Of a stretch of DNA of 64,000 nucleotides, positions 12,803 through 25,770 are shown one piece after another (the first letter of the stretch is position 1; each line of letters starts with the position of its first letter). The stretch is from Lama guanicoe. Its lineage: Eukaryota. The notes beneath the pieces are model-generated. The model was not told the origin of the DNA. It saw nothing but the letters and a program-made list of their open reading frames with translations, and did not search any database. The stretch covers positions 8,404,358-8,468,357 of the forward strand of contig MU054187.1 of assembly GCA_013239625.1 (NCBI GenBank), written 5' to 3'. The translations under genes and the position numbers were made by a program.

Positions 12803-13992
12803 CCCCTTCCATATCGACTCCAGCCTCCAGCTTTTCCTTTCTCTGTTTCACGAATTAGAATTAAATGTAAGGTTTTGTGTGAGCAGTGTTTCAGGACTTA
12901 AAAATGTTTCAGGGCCATTCCAACTCTATTTTGAATGTGTCCCCACAATGACAGCCACATGACTCGTCCAAAGCCACACGCCAGCGGCAGACCCCAGGGA
13001 CACTGGGTATCTCACCTCCCCCGGTGCCCTGCACCCCGGGGCCTCTCCATACCCCTGGGCACCGCCCCCATCTCAAACTCATATCACATATTCCCGTCCA
13101 AGGAGACCAAAGCAGCCAGCGGTAGGGGCAAAGCGATGAACAAACCTCACCCTCCACCAGCTTTCCTGCTCACTTCCACTTAATGTTTATATTTAATAGC
13201 GTATATAGGCGTAATCTTAAGTCTTCTAGCTTCCCGAGGAAAGATAACTTTTGTAGGAATAAGCACACAAAATAAGAAAAAAGTCGGTTTCCATCATTTG
13301 TCTCAAGATAAAAAGACTGCCAATCTCATTAGTCAAATGACATTTATGACCGCCCGTAAAATATAACACTGAAGTCCCTAAGTACAAAATAGGTTCCGTG
13401 AGTATCCTCCTCCACCCAGTTAAGAGGTGACCCACAGGATCCAAGAGGACGACAGTTTGGGAGGCAGAAGGGCCACTCGTGCTGCAGGAACCAAACCTCA
13501 GCAGCTCATCCTCCCAAGAAAACGGTTCGCTGCCATCCTCATCTGCAGAGATGCACTGACGACAGACAGCCACAGACCCAGAGAAGGCAAAGGGAAACCC
13601 ACACCCCTGGGTTGTCAGCTATTGTCACACAATGAAAAACAGTAATGAAATAACAGCCTGACGTAGACAACCAGACCCCCGAGTAGATCTTCTCTCATTC
13701 CTCTTGCTAATGAGGATCTTCCCTTCTTTGAACGCCCTGTCTTTTTTTTTTTTAATTGGTATTAGGATCACTTATTTTAGTTCCAAATCACATATTGCCC
13801 ATTGCTGTGGCTTATTTATTTCCTTGTGTGGAATGTGTCTTCCCATCCAGATCATAAGCACTGGACGGCAGGGTTGTACCTTACAGGGTCTCTTGTAAAG
13901 CCTATACTGTGAGTTAATTGCTAGGTCGCCAACAGTGTTACTGACTCCCCACCATGTGCCAGGCAGTGCTCTAAATGCTAGAGACAGAGAGG

Positions 13993-14504
13993 CATGATGG
14001 TTAGCTTCCTGTGTCAGCTTGGCTAGGTGACAGCACCATGCTACTGGTCAAACTCATCTAGGTGTTGCTGTGAAGGCATTTTTGTGGATGTGCTGAACAA
14101 CTACAGTCAGTTGTCTTTAAGCAAAGGAGGTTACCGTCAGTAATGGGGGTGGGCCTTGTCCAATCAGTTGAAAGGCCTGAAAAGCAAAGTAGAGTTTTCC
14201 CTGAGAAAGTAGAAATTCTGCCTCAAGACAGTATCTAGCTCAGTTCCTGCCTGAAAGTATTCAGCCTGCCACCTGCCCTATGGACTTTAGATGTGACAAC
14301 TCCTAAAATTCCATGAGTCAGTTTCTTAAAATAAATCATATATATTATATATATATATATACACACACACATACACACATTATATAATACATATATTATA
14401 TGCATACCATATATATACATGTCATATATCATATGCACATTTTATATATATGTATGTATCTTCTCCTATTGGCTCTATTTCTCTGGAAAATCCGGACTAA
14501 TATG
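13993..14504 (+). mobile_element. ERVL solo LTR (MLT2 family, MLT2D-like) with internal (TA)/(CA) repeat, nested in an antisense L2 (~13930-14720)
   Basis: 5' TGATGGTTAGCTTCCTGTGTCAGCTTGGCTAGG...CTAGGTGTTGCTGTGAAGG and 3' TCCTATTGGCTCTATTTCTCTGGAAAATCCGGACTAATA. Flanks AGAGG/AGAGT resemble a 5-bp target-site duplication. Confidence 0.9.
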
Positions 14505-15281
14505 AGAGTTGGGTAAGATTTAAGGTTCTGTTATAGAACTTACATCTCCTAGGTATAAACTAATAATCACTTAAACACATCCTTAATCAAAAGAAATACA
14601 GTGAGTGACAAGGCTGTGTAGAAAATAAAGCAAGACAAAAATGATTGCCGGTGGAGAGCTATGGTTAGACTGAGCGGTCTGGGAAGCGTCTCTGAAGTGA
14701 GACATTTAAGCTGAAACAGGAGTCTACACTGACTTTTGGTGTTCCTTCCACACAGCTCATATAAAGTGATTTACATAGTATGCACTCAACGAATTATTTT
14801 GAATAAATAATGAGCAGATTAATAATACGGTCTTCCAGAAGATTGGCCATTCTAATTTTAGGTAACCAAAAAACAAGCTGAGTTTAATACCTTAATGAGA
14901 AGAAGTCTTTCCTCTGTGCTGAAATTACATCAACTCGGAGCTGGAGGCTCTTGTTTCTGGCTTGATTAATGAGTGAAGGTGACTGATGAAGTCATTCTGG
15001 GTGTGCAATTCCCTTTACCTGCACTAATCTGAAAACAGTATCAATGAACACGGTAGACAAAGTACAAAGCAGAACACATAGCCCTTCCTGACCCCATTCT
15101 GCCTCTTCTTACCTTCATCTCCTCCTCCTTTTCTTCAAAGCACATAAACACTCGCCCACCCTAAACCCACAAGACTTGATGGGTTATTCATCACAAAGAA
15201 AAGATCCTATATTTCAATTTTCTTGTCCATAATTCCTACTATCTGGCCAATCACATTTACTATCTTTACTATTGAATGATT

Positions 15282-15282
15282 T

Positions 15283-15319
<37 letters not shown>
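15282..15319. repeat. (TG)n microsatellite
   Basis: Seen directly. Confidence 0.95.
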
Positions 15320-15320
<1 letters not shown>

Positions 15321-18300
15321 CTGGGTGGGTGTGGGTGTGAGGGAAGGGGGCAGATGACAGGGAGAAAGTTGAGATTCCTCCAAACCTTAACCAAAAGACG
15401 TTCTTCTTATCCAAGAGCTGTAACTCACATCAATTAGAAGAGGTCTGGGCTAGACACCCATTTTAGACAGGGCAGCAAGACCCAGGTGTACATCTCCAAG
15501 AAATGCAGATTTGAAGTTGGTTTTCCTTAGCACACACAAGTGGACTTCTGAGTATGAGTACATGAGGCGTACATCATAACCAAAGACCAGATGTAGGCAA
15601 AAGCCAATGGCAACCATCAGCTAGAGCGTCCCCTCCCGTCTTCTCTTCATTGTGTTTCTTGGATTGCAGGTTTTCAAATGACATGTGAGAAGTGATGTCA
15701 ACCTTGCTTAAAAATAGATTCATTCTGTTCTGTTGGGTCTCATGAGGGTCAAACATAAGCAGAGTAGTCGTGTTCAAGGCTAAGGGAGAGAATGAAAAGG
15801 TAAAGGAGGTACAGTGGCAAAATTACAACATCTATCTCGTAAGTTACACATAAGAAAGTCAGACTCAGCGTCTCTCTAGTTACATCTCAAGAGACATTGT
15901 ACCTGCTGCCCACCAGCTCAAGATCTAGGGGTCTGGACAAAATAAGTCCAAGTGAAGCCATTCCAGAACAGGATACTCGGAATGATGGAGAATGGGGTCA
16001 GGTAAGATGCTGGCTTCTTTATAGGTGCTAAAAGTTTCGAGTAGAGAAATCATGCCTTAAAACAATGATTCCTACCTATGAGGAGGGATTAACTGAGTGA
16101 GTTAGGATGGTTCCTTCACAGGTTGTCACTCTGAGGCCTCTTTCCTTCCTGCCTTGAGCTGTGATGCAAAAAATGTGAGCAGAGGCTGAATATCTGAATA
16201 GAGAAGGCACTTTGGAGCATTTTCAAGCAGACTCTTGTAGGCAGTAGAGGTTGACCAGAATAAGGAGTGTGTGAAGAGATAAGACGTGGTGCTAAAGACT
16301 TAATTCACACCTGTGCTCTGAGAGAAAGACAGAATACTTTGCCCAACCCACCTGAACAGGGTTTCCATAGCAGAGGTCACAGGAGATGGGTTTTTTTTTT
16401 TTTTCAGCAAAGCCGAGGTGGGAGGGAAAGACTAGGATAAATTAAACAGAGACAATAACACTCATTTAGAGTTAAGAATCAATAGTTTTTTAAAGAATTA
16501 AAATGGACCACAAAAAACACTCAGTATCTCGTCTTCATGCACTTGAAGCTCCAAGAGAAACACCTTCTATCTGAAGAACTCCTTTCTTCTGCCCTGAGTA
16601 GGTAGTATTTTGCAGATGGAGGCTACCCACGCCTATCAACAGGTTCTTGCCAGGAAAGCATCTCCACCGAGCTCGCCCTAGGCCCTAATTCTCAATGGTA
16701 TTATAGCAAGAGACCATGTATAAGTGAAACCCTCAGCTTGCTTTGGTCCCACCTATTCACACTGATATTACATATTGATGCTGATGATGATGACAACAAG
16801 GATAGGGATGTGTTGGCAGGAGCTCAAGGGAAGATAACAGATTTTCCCCTGTGAACTCAACACTTCTGATGATTCACTGTGCGTAGAACACTCCATGTAC
16901 TGCTACGCACTCCCTCTCTGCCTGTCCCGCTGGATACGCACATGGGCACACGACTCGAAGGTTCAAGGTACCTACCCAGCAACCTATCTGCTCCCACCTC
17001 TGGGACTTTCTCCAGCTTTTGTGAACCCTGGTGTCCCACGTAAGTGTTACAGGGCTGTGCCCTGTTCTGATTTTCCCTGATCTTGTGTTTAAATGAATCT
17101 GCTTAGAAAATACTGTTCTGCACAATGTTCACTCTGTTCTATACTCCTCACCCTCGATCCAATTCCCCCCCGGCCTTCACTTCCACTGAGGAAGTGGAAC
17201 GCCTTCACCACACCGCTGTGTCACTGGATTTCAGACGGCTTCCTGCCTCCTCCACACTCTCTGGGCTTCTTCCTATAAACGATTTTCCATCGTGAATGAG
17301 GTAACGTGACTAGGACTGTCACTTGTGCTCCTTGCTCTGATCTTGGTCCCCTTTGTGCCTGTGTGGCTGACACATCAGCATTACAGCCACTTCCTGGGAA
17401 CCAGCGTCAACAGTACATGCTCGAGTGTCTGCAATTCCTGCCATTGTGAGTCGGGTGTGGGAGCCAAAGCAGACAGCGTAACTCAAACAAACCAGTATTT
17501 TGAACAGAATTATGACCTGCCAGTAATTCATGAGTCTATTAATTGTTTGTTCTTTCCTGCACTGGGTGAGGTATTAGCCACCATTGAGTCTTTATCCATA
17601 ATAAACGGGCAGACAAGGTGACAGTGGAAACGGGTCCTTGATTAAAAATCCATGCCCTGCAAACCTGCAAATTAGATAATCAGAGGAGATGGGGCAAGTT
17701 TCTCAGCAAACGTACCACGGCCACAGACCTCTTGGAAAATAAACAGTCGCAAGTCTAAAGGGTTGAGATGTTTGGAAAAATACAAAAATATGCTTTAACA
17801 CGAAAATGGTACCTGATATTCATCTAAAGCCTTACAAACGGCATGAAATATCGATTTTGAAAAATGCCAAACAGTGAACGTGAGGGCTCCCATTTGCCCC
17901 TTCCGTCCTCTGCCCCTCCAGAACCGAGCAAGGTTTTAGCACCCTGTTGGCAGAGCCAAGAAGTGAATGATCGACACTAATGGGATTTTTAATCTTCAAC
18001 CTAATTAACTTTGTTAAAATTAAGGCTTACCAGGAAGAATCAGCACAAAGAAATTAATTAAAGCAATGGAATTTTTGCTGGATTTAACAGCTGAGTACTG
18101 ACTCTAGCTACAATACACACAGAGATGGATATTTTAAATTCATTTCCACTTTTCTCTTGTGTGCTTTGGTGTTTCCATTTTCAAAAACGCCCATGTTCCC
18201 AGAGCTGAGACTGCACACCTCTGTCACTGGCCCGGGCCAAGCTGTACCACAGAGGAGAGCTCCTCGTCGGTCAACACTGTGTACTCCCCACCTTGTTGGA

Positions 18301-21300
18301 CTTGGTTTGCCTGGAGCCTGGCAAGGGTCTGGCATATGGCAAGTGTTTGATACATGTTTGTTGAAAAGATGGATGTGTGAATGCATAAGTAATTATAACT
18401 TTACAAAGCTGACAGCACTGATGCTGCAGCTTCCCTTCCTCACCTTGTAGTTATTATGTGAAAAGAAGCAAAGACAGAGCGAACTGGGCACTTTCTTCCC
18501 GGCGGAAACCGAGGCAAGCTGCTGTTCACAACATTACGTAGGATGCGGAAGGCTCACTCCTAGCGACTGAGTGACCTGAAGGGCTGTTCATGAAAAACAC
18601 AGTTATACCTTTGTTTTGGATCATAGAGAAATGGAATATTTCTGATGAGTCAGCTTTGTGTAGCTGTAGCTATAACAAAATGCTCAGGATAGCAATATTT
18701 GTACATTTTATTACAAATTTACCTGACTCAACATTGTCATACTTAACCATAATTAAAAAAAAATTATGGCAGGAGGACTCAATCATGAATAGAAACTATG
18801 AGATGATGTTCTGTACAACAGTGATAGTTTCAGCCCACTGAAGTTCCATGGGGCTGCTTGGCTACATTCTTTTCGATTCCTTTAATTTTGGCAGTTGGGT
18901 ATTCCCTCCAGGTATCCCTGGGGTAATCCATGTCTCTTGGTCAGTCAATAAGAACGTAATTCATGGAGTCGCCATAGTGTTACTTTTGTTTGTCACTAAC
19001 TTTCATTCTTTAACAATTTTTCTTTAGATTAAAGTACATTATCACCAACAACAGTGCCAGAGACTGGATGTACGTACAATGAACAACACACAGTCCCTCT
19101 TCTCGGAGATCTGGAGCTGACATGGGAAAATTACAAAAAATCAAACTACTGTACAATATAGTTGCTCCACAGACATGTCCATAGGTGGCCAGAGAAGACA
19201 GCAGGGAATAGATTTCAAATAAAATGAAAGTCTTCCAGCGTGACCGTTCACATATTTCTTAAAATGTATCTGATTAGTAGATCACTTGTCTTCAGTTCTG
19301 TATGTATGCTTTTCTCAAGACCCTTCACTAATAAATATTTACTGGTGCCTACTCTATAGTGGCACTATTTTAAGCCCTTGGAACGTAATCATTGACAAGC
19401 AGAGTGTTTGGTCTTGTGAGTTAAGTGCTTTCTGATCACAGAATAACATGCCATAACCTCTTGTGCATGACACACCCACATATACCTGCCAACCAGTCAG
19501 GGAATGTGGACTAAATGGAATTCTCCCTTCAATCTCACCGAGTAATCCAGCTTTTACAGTCTGAGACCATCCAATGCAAAACCTTCGAAGAACCTCTTCA
19601 GAGATTCATGGCTGGACCACAGTTTTGTCCTCCTAATTATCAGGGGCAGTCACACTGGGTTTGGACATGGGGCTTGAACTCTCTCATTAAATTAACCACC
19701 TGGCATGTAGTAGACCCTCAATAAATATTTATTAAATGAATTAATCATACAATATCCACAATGGCTCATTTGTGATATATTAATAATATATAAATCTCTC
19801 AGTCATATATTCTCTATTGCAACTTAATTTCTCCTGCGCTCTTACTTCAGTCTTAAACGGCTGTTCACTCCCGTTTTCTTTTACTAGTTCAGTGCATTAA
19901 AACCCTGCTTTCCCCCCCAAGCTTGTGATTTAAATATGCTCTCAGAAATTCCTATTAATTCCTTTCCAAGTATTTGCACAGAACTGATCCACCATCACCG
20001 TCTGCTAATGATGCATCTGTCATTTTATTGACACCCCTAAACAGCTTTATTCTCTTTTCTAATTAAGAGACAAAACTGGTATTGTCAGCTGATGAACCGA
20101 CATTTGGGGGCTTTTGTTCTAATGTAAAAGGCAGCACATTATGATGCGAAAACAAAAACTCAGAAATGTTAACAGAAAAGCCCACTAGACCAAATATATT
20201 TACATGTACAATTTGAATTAAGATGGTTAGAAGCCTAATCCTCATACAATGTTTTGAGTTACAGGGGGGGAAGAATGCACCCGTATGGCAAAATACATTC
20301 AAAACAAAAAGTAGGGCTTCCTGCCCCAACTGGCCATTAATATTTGGAACAAAGCTGTCTCGTGCTCACTGGACAATCAAAAACCCTAAGGAAAAACAAA
20401 ACCTTTTAAAATTGACCAAAATAATACACTGCAATATAAGTTATCATAGAGATAATAGTAACATTTAAATAACATCTAAATAAGAGCTGAAAGTTCTTAC
20501 AGAAAACTCTCTGTAATGAGGCAAATAGCACATTTGTAAGAGCTAAAAAAAACAGCAAAAAAAAAAGCAAACCTGATGATTCTATTAGTCAATTGCCAGA
20601 GAAATGACAATTACATACAAGTACAAAACTAACTGCTCACCAGAACATTCTCAAGCAACTGACGAAGACAGGCCATCAAAGCTCTATCACCATCACATTA
20701 AAAGCCTCATCTAAAATCACTGCATGTCAGAAAATTAAGGATTCATCAAAATATTCCCAAAGGTTCTGTGCTGGAAGGAATGCATAAGAAGGAGCCACAG
20801 CCCTGGATTTCTTTCCGTAGAAATGTATCATAGGCTCTCCATTTGAAAATAAACTCAATATAAAACCTGGTCTTGCAAAGGAGATCATTGTTATCAAGCC
20901 GTCAGCATCCGTGTTGGCACGTGGTGAGGGTCTGATAATAGTAGCTGCCCTTATGATTGTTATTATTACGGTGTCAGAATCAGCTCACTCATTGACCCGT
21001 GTGGTTCCCTCCCAAGGTTCAAAGGAATCCTAGAAGGATGTCTTGCGGCTGAGCCATAATTCTGTTTCTACCCTCCTTTCTGGATATTTTTGCTCGGCTT
21101 TGGCAGGCTAGTTCCAAGCCCTTGTCTTCTCCCTAAATCCCCCTCTCTGCCTAAATGCTTAGGACTGAGACTCTGATCTGTACGTCTTGCCTTTATTGCT
21201 CATTTCACCTTGACTTTGTCCTTGCATCACTCTCCGTGTCTGGCATTACGGACAAAACCTCCCGCACACGTAGCCGAGGGCTAGGCTCCCATTCCTGCTT

Positions 21301-21579
21301 GTTGAGAAGCAGCATTTGGGTATGTTCAGAGTGAATTTCATTTCACTAGGCCTGCTGTCTGCGTGCATCAAGGCTGAAAGTCCACCAACTGCCCTGCCAC
21401 AGCCCTTAAAAGAGCTAGACCTTATAGGGTTCTTGTGGTCCCCAGCTGGTAGGATTTATTCTTTACCCCTAGAGAAGTCATTAGAACAAAAGAAGGTATC
21501 TGTCCTGTTCCAGAAAACTCCTCCTGTGACAACAAAGCCAATTTATTAGTTGCAAATAAAAAGCTGGCTCCTCTGCTAC

Positions 21580-22050
21580 GATGCAGTGGACACCTATGGG
21601 ATCCAGTAACCACTCTTTCCACCATCCTCACGGGAAGCGCCATGTGCTATGATAAAGACCCAGTCTTCATTTCAGTAGATTGGTCCACGGTGGGCATCTC
21701 ACCTACACTGAGCCAAGATGAGCTTTTCCCTGGAATACTCTGGACAAATCAAGGGGTGGGGTACATGCGGTGATATTCAGAGCAGAGTAAGACAATGTCT
21801 ACCATCCGTACGTGGTCCCGGGACTGCTGCAAAGGATGATTACTCCATCCACAGAAAAACAAAGAAGAAAATACTGCTTTGAGATAGAGAATATACAGCG
21901 ATAGCCACGGCTGTGTGAAAAGGCAGCTGACGTTTCAGAAGGGATCCCATCCATATGAGGTCCGTGTAGGCTTTGCATATCCCAAGAAAGTAGAAAGTGA
22001 AACTCTTCTAGAACTTAAGGAAACTGCTTTTGTTAAACAGCAACGCCCTA
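21580..22050 (+). mobile_element. Ancient ERVL-class LTR remnant (LTR33/LTR16-like)
   Basis: GATTGGTCCACGGTGGGCATCTCACCTACACTGAGCCAAGATGAGCTTTTCCCTGGAA resembles the conserved core of old ERVL LTRs. Boundaries are approximate. Confidence 0.45.
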
Positions 22051-22067
22051 TATATGTAAGACAGTCT

Positions 22068-22139
22068 TGTGTGTGTGTGTGTGTATCTATAGCTAACTAT
22101 CACTTTATCTGTCTATCTGTCTGTCTGTCTGTCTATCTA
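22068..22139. repeat. Compound microsatellite (TG)n + (TCTG/TCTA)n
   Basis: Seen directly. Confidence 0.9.
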
Positions 22140-23619
22140 GGAGTCAGAGAGAGACAGAGATGCAAGGAGACTGCAGTGCCAGTTTCTGAAAAGCAAGACA
22201 GCATGACAGCAATTGGGCAAGAGACTCTGAAGGATGAATTTGGTTGCATAACTATGACAATCCTAGTGTTTTTGAGTTTCAAGGGGGCAGAAAAGGTAGA
22301 ATTGATGATTCACAGACTGGTATAACTTCCCTAACTTTCCTGTTGCAATTCAACTTCATTGAGATACTCAAACTAGAATGCCTGCTTTCCCACAGTCGTT
22401 CATTCATCCAACAGTCAGCTTGAAGAAGGAAGGGTTGACCAGGGACAGTCTCTTCTGTGACAGAGCACACTGGCTTCTCATGGAAGTTGCCAGGGATATC
22501 TGTCATCAGTACCTCACTGGCCAGTGACTAGGGCGGACGACCAGGAAGCAGTGAGGAAGCCCTTTGTGGAAGGAAGTGTCAGCCTTCTCGCTCACCCCAG
22601 AGCAAACCTCAGTTAGCCTTGACCTCAGGTGGTGGCTCCCTGAGACCCACAGACTGCCAAGCAAGAGTCCTCTTCCAGGATCTGTGCTCTGTTGATAGAT
22701 GAAAGCAACCTTTAAACCTGTTTTCTTGCTTTTGAAAATATTTTTGTTGCTATCAGTTAAAGATGATTCTTAAAACAACAAAAAAAACAAACACATTTCC
22801 GGCAAAAGGCTCAACTCAGTGACTTCTAGCAGAGATGCCTCATTCTCCTTAATAGAAACTGTCAAGTGTTTTCCATTTTTTTCCTAATTTATAATTCTAT
22901 TTAATTTTTTTTAATTTTAAAGGGAACAGAAAACCTTTTCTCCTTGACCTTTTTTCCCCAGGTATAGTAGACTTTATCCTCCACTAGAAAACCAACTCTT
23001 CTTTTCCTAGCCATTCTGTGGGAAACTTCATGTTTTTGGTTTCACCACAAATTCATTTTTCTCTGCATGTTGTACATGCTTATTTTAGTTTGTCTAACCA
23101 GTTGACTATTTCCTTCAAATACATTCTTTTTTCCCTGACATGTTCCTTTTGGCTGTTCCCACTGATAAGCTAGGCTAGTCCCTTGTCTTCTCATCAGAGG
23201 GACAGGTGACAATTCCTGCCACGGGTGTGGGACCGGAGGCGGGACGTCTCCACCTTTCTACTTTATTTAAATTAAAAATATGAAATCCAACCTCACGTGT
23301 CTTGCAGCACAGGGGTATTGTCTCATTTAAACAATAAGTTTCTCCGATTTATAAGAATTCACAATAAACCAATGCAGGGGCCCTTTAAAAATTAAAAATA
23401 GAAAATAAAGAAAGATGGTGACAGTTGCCAGTGGCACAAGCTGCCAATACTTCAGCCAGAAATATGGCTTCAATGAAGCACAATGTGTGGCAGGAAAAAG
23501 ACCCAGATGACCCTGACTATTCTACACTTTCACTTTTCCCTAGCATTGAAAATTGAAATTAAATTTTGAAGCAACATTTAACAATGCTATGTTATTTATA
23601 TCTGTGAGAAGGTAAGGTT

Positions 23620-24430
23620 TCCACCTGAACTCCAGACTCCTAATCCTACTGCTCACTCAACATCACCAGCCAGAGGTCTAATGACATCTTCCACTCACCC
23701 AGTCCTAAATGCACGCAATTTTTCTACCAAGGATGCTCCCCTTCAGTGTTCCATAATTCGACCAATGGCGGCCCATGTACCCAAAGCTCAGACCAAGGAA
23801 ATTGGATTTAACCTTGACTCTCATCTTTTTTCTCACAACCCAACTATAACATTGGCAAATCACTTCATTCTACCTCCAAAATATTTTCCAAAGCCAAGTA
23901 GTGTTACATTCCTGTCCAGATCACCATTATCCCTTCCCCCCACAAATTCAACAGCCTGTCTTGGGGCTAGTGCTTGCTCGGCAGCTGGCTATTCTCCAGA
24001 TACCAATTCCAACAAGACTTCAGAAATACCATCCTTTCTGTTCCTGGAGCTTGCCAATCAAGCTCTGACCTCAGGGCCTTTGCACCTGCAGTTTCTTCAG
24101 TCTGGAATGCTACTCGTCCAGACACCCACCCCTGTGGCTTACCTCATTCCCACTGCTGTTCAAATGTCACCTACTCAGAAAAGCTTCCCCTGACTCCTTA
24201 CTGAAACACTCCCACCACCACCCATCACTCTCTCTCCTCTTATGTCGTGTTACCTTTCTTTGTATCACCTCATGGATAATAGGTCACTCTGGTACAGGAT
24301 ATGGGCCACTAAAAGGGAAATCCCACGAGGACAGGGGGTCTGCTCAATTTCTTCACTGGAGCTTCCCCAGAGTCTAGAACAGTGGCTGGCACAGGGTAAG
24401 CATTCAACAAGTATTTGCTAAATAAATGCA
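23620..24430 (+). mobile_element. L2 LINE 3' portion
   Basis: CCTCAGGGCCTTTGCACCTGCAGTTTCTTCAGTCTGGAATGCT...AAATGTCACCT, ending AGTCTAGAACAGTGGCTGGCACAGGGTAAGCATTCAACAAGTATTTGCTAAATAAATG (canonical L2 3' end). Confidence 0.85.
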
Positions 24431-24489
24431 CGATTGAGCTTATATACTCCTCATTCCAAATACTGGGTGTTAGTGAGTCAACAAAGCAT

Positions 24490-24705
24490 GAGAGAGACAG
24501 AAGAACATGGTAGTTTAAAACACGTGGTCCAGGACCATATTGCCTTACTTGCTGCATGAGGCTGAGCAAGTTACTTGAACTCTTGTTGCTTCAGCTTCCT
24601 CATCTGTAGGTAAAATCTACAACTGATTGCAATAAGGATTAAATGCATTGCTATTTTTCAAGTGCTTACAAAAATGCCTGGTACATAATAAACATGATGT
24701 AAGGC
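24490..24705 (+). mobile_element. MIR SINE
   Basis: GAGCAAGTTACTTGAACTC...CTTCAGCTTCCTCATCTGTA...AGGATTAAATG...AAGTGCTTACAAAAATGCCTGGTACATAATAA. Confidence 0.85.
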
Positions 24706-25019
24706 CTTAAATAATTTAATAATTGAATAAAGTCACTGAGCAGTAGAAATAATGCTAAAATGTAATGTATTATAGAAATCAGACAACATAGATGTATTTT
24801 TCAAAAACATGTAAGGTCATAATCAAAAATTTCTTCCAAGTTCAGAGATAATCTTAATCAAAAGCATCTCTGAATGCCATCTTCCCAAGCAATTACCAGC
24901 AGGTACTAAGAAAATGCTCAATCAATGTTTGGTGATGGATTGAATTAAAGTCTGCCTTAATTTTTGTCTCCTCAACAATTCATAAATGCATAATAATACC
25001 AAACAACACTACCTCCCAG

Positions 25020-25770
25020 ACACTTCTCCAGAAAAGATACTCAAATGGCCAACAAGCACATGCAAAGATGCCCGACATCACTGGTCAATAGAGAAATGCA
25101 CATCAAACCCCCAGTAAGACAACACTTCACACTTACTAAGACGGCTGCAAAATGGTACAGCCACTGGGGAAAATAGTCTGGAAGATCCTCAGAAAAGTTA
25201 AACACAGAATTATCATATGACCCAGCAGTTCCACTCCTAGGTATATACCCAGGAGAAATGAAAACATATGCCCACACAAAAACTTGCACACAAATGTTCG
25301 TATCAGCATTATTCATAACAGCCAAAAAGCAGAAGCAATCCAAATGCCCCTCAACTGATGAATGGGTGAACAAATGTGGTAAATCCACACAGTGGAATAT
25401 TATTCAGCCATAAGAAGGAATGAAGCACAGGTAGGTGCAAAGACATGGATGGACCTTGAAAACAGTATGCCAAGTAAAAGAAGTCAGACACAAAAGGACA
25501 CACAGTGTATGATTCAATGTATACAAAATTTCCAGAACAGGCAAATCCATAGAGACAGAAAGTAGACTGGTGATTATTTAGGGATGGAGGGGGAAATTAA
25601 TGGGGAGTCATAGCTAACTATTTTTTGAGGGTAATAAAAATGTTCCAGAATTAGATGGTGGTGATGGTTGCAGAGCCTTGTGAATATACTAAAAACTGAT
25701 AAATTGTACCCTTTTAAAAGGTGAATTTTATAGTCTGTAAATTACATCTCAATTACAAAAATAAATGACC
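25020..25770 (+). mobile_element. L1 (L1MB-like): ORF2 3' end and 3' UTR
   Basis: CAAATGGCCAACAAGCACATG...ATATGACCCAGCAGTTCCACTCCTAGGTATATACCCAGGAGAAATGAAAACATATG...AAATCCATAGAGACAGAAAGTAGACTGGTG...TTACATCTCAATTACAAAAATAAA. Confidence 0.93.

Noticed and set aside
21915..22325. 136-aa ORF
   Set aside because: It runs through an LTR remnant and a compound microsatellite (CVCVCV, LSVCLSV), so it is open by chance.
23681..24193. Longest ORF in the window (170 aa)
   Set aside because: It lies entirely within a decayed L2 element, with no homology to a cellular protein evident.
25041..25388. 115-aa minus-strand ORF
   Set aside because: A typical antisense translation of the L1 3' region.
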